Origin: Eledone cirrhosa
Lineage: Eukaryota
DNA: 64,000 nt
Direction of reading: 5' to 3'
Assembly: GCA_964016885.1 (NCBI GenBank)
Contig: OZ024747.1
Coordinates: 79,484,001-79,548,000, forward strand
Below, in pieces: positions 55,570 to 64,000 of the stretch. The notes under the pieces are model-generated. The model saw only the letters and a program-made list of their open reading frames with translations. It was not told where the DNA came from and searched no databases. Position 1 is the stretch's first letter; the number at the start of each line of letters is the position of its first letter. A program made the translations under genes and the position numbers.

Positions 55570-55743
55570 CAGTGTCGGATTTACCATTGTGCCTGGGTGT
55601 GCTTAAGCACAGGGCCGTGTTGTCCTGGGAAAGGGGTGTGGACATCTTCCTGTCAAAACAATGTTTTACATACTTCAGGGCCCAAGTAAGGGGCCTCATA
55701 ACTTAACTAGAACAGGGCCTAATTTGTCCTAAATCCGGCGCAG
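55570..55743. mobile_element. hAT MITE (174 bp)
   Basis: TIRs cagtgtcggattta / taaatccggcgcag. Perfect 8-bp TSD gtcacagc at 55562-55569 and 55744-55751. Confidence 0.85.
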
Positions 55744-56577
55744 GTCACAGCTGGAGTGATTTAGATTATTGCTGACCTTGGGCTAAATAACAACATAATT
55801 ACATGTAATATAGAGAATTTAAAAACTTCAATTAACTAAGATTATTCAAACAATCAGTAGACGAGGAGTAAACGTGATCTCCTCGAGAATTACGTCAAGC
55901 GAACACGTGTCTGTGGAAAGCTAAACCACTTACACGTTAATTTCATGAACAGGCTTGTTCTGTTGATCGCCAGAACCGATGGAGGTCCACCGGCAACAAC
56001 AACAACAACAATAGCAGCAATAACATCATCATATCATCATTAACAGCAACAACGACATCATCATCATCATCATCAATAACAGAAACAAAAAGCCAGAGAA
56101 AAGCTCGAGCCAATGGAGTATCTAAGCGGTTCCTCGGTCCGCTAGAAATACCAGCTAAATCTCTCCTCAAACACGTTGTACCGTCTTTCACACAAAAAGG
56201 GATGAAGAGATCGTGTTATGCCATAGTTGCTCAATTTTATCTACAACTCCACTAATTCTACCAAAAAAAACCATACATGTTTTTAGTGTGCATGTGTGAA
56301 CATATGTGTGTGTGTGTGTTTGTGGGGGGTGGGGGGTAATCGATTCCAGTACTTGACTGCTACTTATTTTATAGACAACCGGAAGGATGAAAAGTAAAAT
56401 CGATTTCAGTGGGAGTGTAACTTAGAAAAGAAAGGGACGTAACTAAATAGCGCATGGGATTCTGACCAATGTTCAAGTGCTGGACTTAGCTATTAGCTAT
56501 ATAAGCTAGAGCTGAAGGCCACATACCCTCGGGGGGCCTCATTTTAAATATATATAGCTATATATATTTATATATGT

Positions 56578-56700
56578 GTATCCGGGGTTCAATCGGGGGT
56601 AACCACTGTAAGTAAGGTATTCAATATACACAGCAGAGTATAAATATTTGATGATTTCCTTCGAATGAAACAGTTCTCGTCCTGTAGAAGCCATTTCTAT
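56578..56700 (-). mobile_element. Diverged second copy of the 17169-17366 element (tail + one inverted arm) in (TA)n
   Basis: tccggggttcaatcgggggtaaccactgtaagtaaggtattcaata… followed by tgatgatttccttcgaatgaaacagttctcgtcctgtagaa. Confidence 0.65.
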
Positions 56701-56780
56701 AGTATATATATATATATATATACATATACATACATATATATATATACATATACATACATATATACATGTACATACATACA

Positions 56781-56884
<104 letters not shown>

Positions 56885-57279
56885 CATTAGTTTTTATTCT
56901 TTATCACTAAATCATAAAAAAATTACATATATTATTTATTCTTTATCATTAACATTAATATAATATATAATTTTTTTACCTGAAATTTTTAAAGAAGGGC
57001 CTTAAATTTCAGATAGTTTAAGGCCTCAGTGGGTGAAAGCCCGGCCATACCGACCCTCTATCAAATCTGACTCCTTCAATCATCCAGATCATGCCTTAAT
57101 AATAGTTTCTGATTTAGGCACAAGGCCAGCAATTTCGGGGAAGGGAAAAGCTGATTAAATCGACCCCAGTGTGTGACTGGTACTTTATTTTATCGACTCT
57201 GTAAGGATGAAAGGTGAAGCCTGACTTCGGTGGGATTTGAACGTAAAGGGCAATAATCAAATATTATTAATAAAAATAA

Positions 57280-57470
57280 TGGCGGTGGATTGGCAGTATC
57301 GGTAGAGGGTCGGACGCCATGCTTTGATGCATAGAGTTACGGCCCTTGCTATTCTGAGTTCAAATCCCGCCGAGGTTAACTTTGCCTTTCATCCTTACGG
57401 GGTCGATAAAATAAAGTACCAGTAATGTACTGGATAATTTCTGGCCTTGTGCCAATAGTAGAAACAATTA
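57280..57470 (+). mobile_element. tRNA-derived SINE family 1 (central domain resembles Meta/MESC), near-complete reference copy
   Basis: A-box-like tggcagtatcgg, B-box gagttcaaatccc, core gcctttcatccttacggggtcgataaaataaagtaccag, (ATT)n tail. About 20 full or partial copies in the window. Confidence 0.85.
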
Positions 57471-58103
57471 TTAATAAAAATAATCACACAAATCGTTAGA
57501 TTATAACGAGCGTGACGACGACGACGACGATGACGAAGAAGAAGAAGAAGAAGAAGAAGAAGAAGAAGAAGAAATTGCATTGCTTACCTGTTTTAGGACC
57601 GGAAGACACCACACCACCACCGCTGTACCACCTTAACATACCAAACACCGCTCCACGCCACAATGGCACTGGCACGCTTTAGTGAACAGTTATATTTCGA
57701 GTGCATTTTTATTTTCTCTTTGTCCTTCTTTCTTTCTTTCCTTCCTTCTTTCTTTCTTTTTATCTTTCTTTCTTTTCATTCATATATATAATATATATAA
57801 TATATATATGATTATATATATACGTATATGTGTGTATATGTATGTAGATATAATGACGACCACCAACCAGCAATGAGTCTGGGTAAAGGGTGGGTAAAGG
57901 GTGGGTGGTGGTGACCTGACAGTCGAGCAATCTAACCCCACTCTGACATTATTACGATGGTAACCACCATCTGATCACGATGTAACCAGGCTGTTACCAC
58001 GGTAGCATCTGTTGCCGGGTGGCCGAGTTTCATATTTAAATATATACACATATATATGTATTGGTGTGTGTGTGGTGTGTGTGTGTGTGTGTGGTGTGTG
58101 TGT

Positions 58104-58164
<61 letters not shown>

Positions 58165-58201
58165 TGGTGTGTGTGGTGTGTGTGGTGTGTGTGGTGTGTG
58201 T

Positions 58202-58247
<46 letters not shown>

Positions 58248-58353
58248 ACAATAAAGAAGGAAAGGAAAGAAACAGGTGAGTGTTAATTTGCTGCCAAGTA
58301 CGAAGAAATATATTGGAACTACCAAAATACCAAGACTAGTCCAGTCTCGAAAC

Positions 58354-58387
<34 letters not shown>

Positions 58388-58414
58388 ATGATATTAAATA
58401 TATATTATATATAC

Positions 58415-58450
<36 letters not shown>

Positions 58451-58655
58451 GGAGAGAGGGGAGGGGGGGAGGGGCTGTGGTTTTCTTTCCACTGCGTGTG
58501 TGTGTGTATGAGGGAGAGAGTGTGTGTGTATGTGTGTGGAGGAAGGGAGTTTGAATGAACGTGTAATGTTTGTGTGCGAGTACGTGTATTTGTAGAAGTA
58601 TGTATATAATTGTGTGATTAGATTATGTATACATGTATGTGTGTATGTGTTTATG

Positions 58656-58686
<31 letters not shown>

Positions 58687-59224
58687 GTATGAAAAAGTGT
58701 GACTATCTAATGTGGTTAACGCAACGCTACCAGGAGGAAATAGTCAAATGTCGTTGCACCAACCAGACAGACGGTCAAGTCATTCAGAGGTGCACATATT
58801 ATAGGTAGGTACACACACTCACACATACACACACTCACACACATGTGAAACCTGACACACACACACACACCTATTCACAGACACAGCCGCCCTCACGAAC
58901 CAACACGGACATAGAGAGGCAGCTCTGACAAGTGGCATCACTATATCTATATCCATCTATTTAGTCAGCCTACCCTCTCCACCTTCCCTCCATATCTTTT
59001 ATTTGTCAATCTATCTTCCTTTTTGTCTCTTTCTTTCTCTCTTTCCTCTTTCTTTCTCTTACTTCTCACATTTAATTTCTTCCTCTTTCTTTCTCTTATA
59101 TTAATGTGTTTCTCTCTCTCTCTGTGCATATATATGTATATATAATATGTATATATATATATATAATATGTATATATATATATATATATATGTATATATA
59201 ATATGTATATATATATATAATATG

Positions 59225-59342
<118 letters not shown>

Positions 59343-59350
59343 TGTGTGTG

Positions 59351-59396
<46 letters not shown>

Positions 59397-59746
59397 TGTA
59401 TGTATGTATATATATATATATATATATACACACCGTTATCTAACCTGGACGCAAGCCACTAGTACATGCTGTTCGCTGATTGGTCAATAACCAGGGCACC
59501 TGCTAATGACGTAATAAGAGAACGTTTGTGGGTTTTGTTTTTATTGAGAGATGGTTGGAGATCTAGGTCGATATTGTCCTAATTTAGATTTTACTGTTTT
59601 ATTCGCTGCTAAAATTTTGCTCCCGTTCATTGTTCGTGATGTTATTGTTGTTAATGTTAATCAGGTCTCTTGTATCTATAGCTTAGCATATATAGTCATC
59701 ACAGTTCATTTTTCTTGTTTTAAAAAAAAAAAATCATTATTTGTAC

Positions 59747-59827
<81 letters not shown>

Positions 59828-59830
59828 ATG

Positions 59831-59872
<42 letters not shown>

Positions 59873-59875
<3 letters not shown>

Positions 59876-59947
59876 GGTGTCCCCAAAAATGTATACACAC
59901 TTCAACAGTATTCTAATAAATGTGTGTATATATTTTTTGAGGACACG

Positions 59948-59990
<43 letters not shown>

Positions 59991-60065
59991 GGGTGTCCCA
60001 AAAATGTATACACACTTCAAGAGCATTCTAATAAATGTGTGTATATATTTTTGGGGGACACCCTA
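59873..60065. mobile_element. Two tandem ~77-bp Tc1/mariner MITEs in (TA)n (59873-59950, 59989-60065); half copy near 19586
   Basis: TIRs CAGGGTGTCCC(C)AAAA / TTTT(G)GGGACACCCT with TA flanks. Confidence 0.75.
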
Positions 60066-60229
60066 TATATATATATATATATATATATCTGTGTGTGTGT
60101 GTGTGTGTGTTACAAGCATTGTGTGCGTGTGTGCGCATGCAGACACACATGCTTGTAACATTTAATTCATGATTGTATGTATGTGCGTATGTATGTATGT
60201 AAGTATATATATATATGTATGTATATATA

Positions 60230-61005
60230 TGTCGGGTCACTCTTGAGTGCTACTGGTAACATGTAACCCAGTACAACCTGTCGCATGGTCGGGTCGCCAG
60301 CGACTAAACCGGCAACCCCACCAAGTTTACTTGGTGAGGAGGGTGATTTTGGACACCCTGCAGGACAAAAAACAAAACCTGACAAAGGGCGGAAGAACTC
60401 ATAAGAGTCAACGGCCATCCAAAAGTGTGTAAATATGTATATACACATGTACCGCGCGGTAAAACCACTGGGAGTGAAGGACCCCTAGCCTTTGTCAGGG
60501 CATTCTTCTAGGAGAAGGCAACTCAGGAAACTGGGATAACTCCGATATAAAACCTGCGGCTCAGTAGTTACCGATGATGTTGATCTTTTCTTCTTTTCGG
60601 GTTATAGCTACTGTCGCTGGGAGAGTGGGATTGGCTCAGTGCACAGTCTTTTCTCACTTTAAAAAATATCTTCACGCACAGGCATTGCACGATAGAATTA
60701 ATTAATCATTATTAATAATGGTATATCGTGCAATGGCCATACTCGATAACGAGGGGGCAGCCATCATGTATATATATGTGTATGTATGTATGTATATATG
60801 TATGTATGTATGTATGACCCCTTAGCCTTTGTCAAGGCAGAATTCTAGGAGAAGGAAAACTCTGATATAACACCTGCAACCCTGATGGTATCCAATGATG
60901 TTGACTTGTTCTTCTTTTTGGTAAATATCATCTTGGTTTAGAGAGTGGGACTGGCTTTGTGCAGTGCCTTTGCTCACTATAAAAGCTTCACGGCACAGGC
61001 ATTGC
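60230..61005 (+). mobile_element. RTE 5'UTR-like / non-autonomous RTE-derived repeat, partially duplicated (~60480-60700 vs ~60816-61005)
   Basis: Motif tctaggagaaggaaaactctgatata.aacc resembles RTE 5'UTRs. Two related tandem segments. Confidence 0.45.
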
Positions 61006-61283
61006 TTTATATTTGCAGATCTCTCTGCACTTGTCGTCACATGGTACCATGGGCCCAGCACTATGTGTCAATAATTGTCACAAGTGTAGTGTTTGTACCA
61101 GAGTTTTCAAGTCACTGGCTGGACTAAAAAGTCACATTCGTTCAGCGCATCGGTAGGGGTTCTCCTACATGGATATAAAGTAGTGACCGTACTCGAAAAC
61201 GAGTTGGCAGCCACCATGTATGTATGTATGTATGTGCGTGTGTATGTATGTATGCATGTAGATATATATATATATATACTTTC

Positions 61284-61355
<72 letters not shown>

Positions 61356-61984
61356 ATGTATGTGCGTGTGTATGTATGTATATATATGTATGTATGTATA
61401 TATATGTGTGTGTATGTATGTATGGACGTGTGTATGTATGTATGTGTGTATGTATGTATGTATGTATGTGTGTATATATGTATATATATGTGTGTGTATA
61501 TATGTATATATATGTGTGTGTATGTATGTATGTATGTATGTATGTACGTGTGTATATATGTATGTGTGTATGTATGTTTGTATGTATACATGCACATTCA
61601 CACACGAAGGTTTTGTTGCTAATAATAAATATAAACTAAACAACTAAAGTGACATGCACTTTAGTTGCAGCCATACTTTCACAGCAGTGAATGCAGTCAG
61701 TTCCCAATCCCCGTTTATATCGTTAATGTAAAGGAGCTAGTTTAGTGGGTAGGGATCTTATGTAAGGGTATAATTTTTTATTTTTTATTTTAAACACTTT
61801 AGTCTTTATTGTGTTGTATGAGATGAAAGAATGGTATTTAACTAATGTATTGGTACGCGATGGGGCCCACCCACAGCCCTGGCGGACGGAATGGAGAAGG
61901 CGTTTCCCAGGAGGACGGCAAGGGAGAAGCGCTGCAAAAGCCACTCCAACTCGCGGGGATCACACCTGCGGCTGGCCAGCTCAG

Positions 61985-62250
61985 GCCTGTTTCGTGGTCA
62001 TGAGTTCGATACCCAGTTGTATGTTGCGTTCTTTAGCACAACATTATTTCACGTTGCTCCAGTTCTCTCACCTGGTAAAAATGAGTAATACCTCTAATTC
62101 AACAGGCCATCCCTGTATCATACTATGTTACGCTGAATCCTCACGTGAACTAAATTCAGGATACACTTGTACGCTAATTTCACAAGCAGGGTGTTTCGTT
62201 GATCAAACTACTGGAACACTGATCGTCGAAACAGACAGAGGTCCAACCCA
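61985..62250 (+). mobile_element. tRNA-derived CORE-like SINE family 2; other copies or pieces at ~6870-7000, 12385-12540, 16555-16700, 21640-21810, 26800-26920, 36445-36600, 43230-43400, 53370-53460, 55880-55990
   Basis: B-box gagttcgataccc, CORE-like ttatttcacgttgctccagtt, shared body ctcgtgaaattaacgtgcaagtggctgagcattccacagac (minus strand). Confidence 0.7.
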
Positions 62251-62689
62251 TTATTACTAAACTGGAAGAAACAAATACTTCACAATTTCATGTCGACCCG
62301 GTCATGTTTATATTAAAGGTGTTAAAATATCGAAATAGATTTTTACACTACCTCGCTATTATTTTTTATGGAAAGATTGGAGAGACTCTAACCCCTGCAA
62401 CGCCGCGGCCTCTTAACCCTGCGGCTCTGCAGTCCCGTGACCCCGTAACCCTAGAGTTCCGCTGTCCCGCAGCCCCGTAACCCCGCAGCCCCGTAACCCC
62501 GCAGTTCAGCAGCCCCGCGGCTCTGCAGTCAGGCGACGCCGTAACCCAGGAGCTCCACAGTTCCGCCGCCGCACAATCCTCACAGTTATCGCTAAGAATT
62601 GAAACAACTTCTACAGTCACAAACATAATTAGCTTATTAACTGGAATAGTGTCAGGTGGCAGTTAGGCCCCAGTGTCATCACAAATCAT

Positions 62690-64000
62690 ATATATACACT
62701 ATATACAATATATAAACACCACTCTATACAATATATACACTATATACACTCTCTATACACTATATACAATATATAAACACCACTCTATACAATATATACA
62801 CTATATACACTCTCTATACAATATATACAATATATAAACACCACTCTATACAATATATACACCATATAAACACCACTCTATACAATATATACACTATATA
62901 AACACTACTCTATACACTATATACAATATATAAACACCACTCTATACAATATATACACTATATACACTCTCTATACAATATATACAATATATAAACACCA
63001 CTCTATACAATATATACACCATATAAACACCACTCTATACAATATATACACTATATAAACACTACTCTATACACTATATACACTATATAAACACCACTCT
63101 ATACAATATATACACTCTCTAAACACCACTCTATACAATATATACACTCTATAAACATCACTCTATACAATATATACACTCTCTAAACACCACTCTATAC
63201 AATATATACACTATATAAACACCACTCTATACAATATATACACTCTATAAACACCACTCTATACACTATATACACTATATAAACACCACTCTATACACTA
63301 TATACACTATATAAACACCACTCTATACAATATATACACTATATAAACACCACTCTATACAATATATACACTATATAAACACCACTCTATACAATATATA
63401 CACTATATAAACACCACTCTATACAATATATACACTATATAAACACCACTCTATACACTATATACAATATATAAACACAACTCTATACAATATATACACT
63501 CTCTAAACACCACTCTATACAATATATACAATATATAAACACCACTCTATACAATATATACACTCTCTAAACACCACTCTATACAATATATACACTATAT
63601 AAACACCACTCTATACAATATATACACTCTCTAAACACCACTCTATGCAATATATACACTCTCTAAACACCATTCTATACAATATATACACTATATAAAC
63701 ACCACTCTATACACTATATACACTATATAAACACCACTCTATACAATATATACACTCTCTAAACACCACTCTATACAATATATACACTATATAAACACCA
63801 CTCTATACAATATATACACTCTCTAAACACCACTCTATTCAATATATACACTATATAAACACCACTCTATACACTATATACACTATATAAACACCACTCT
63901 ATACAATATATACACTATATAAACACGACTCTATACAATATATACACTCTCTAAACACCACTCTATACAATATATACACTCTCTAAACACCATTCTATAC
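62690..64000. repeat. ~32-bp minisatellite running off the window end
   Basis: Unit approximately tatacaatatatacactatataaacaccactc. Confidence 0.95.

Overview
This is repeat-saturated, AT-rich eukaryotic DNA with no recognisable host protein-coding exon. The SINE types and microsatellite load suggest an octopus or other cephalopod, which is an inference. Nearly all ORFs in the supplied track are translations of microsatellites. Two systems stand out. (1) A nest of five Tx1/L1-clade non-LTR retrotransposon insertions at 21.9-34.4 kb, from about three subfamilies: one full-length 5.7-kb copy with a perfect 17-bp TSD plus four 5'-truncated copies. All sit inside (CTAT/CTGT)n = (GATA/GACA)n tetranucleotide satellite, follow the satellite's strand and end at the same phase (…AATAAA(A)GAAANN|TATCT). 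This looks like a GATA/GACA-microsatellite-specific retrotransposon. (2) About ten short inserts in or beside (TA)n tracts, from several unrelated sequence families. Most are asymmetric palindromes with a 40-75 nt unpaired tail; several carry hammerhead-ribozyme cores and a shared TTGAGTRC-like tail motif, consistent with Penelope-like pLTR mini-elements. The window also holds a decayed hAT/Buster transposon with TIRs and 8-bp TSD, a mariner transposase relic, R4-like, CRE-like and RTE fragments, two abundant tRNA-derived SINE families, several MITEs and many micro/minisatellites.
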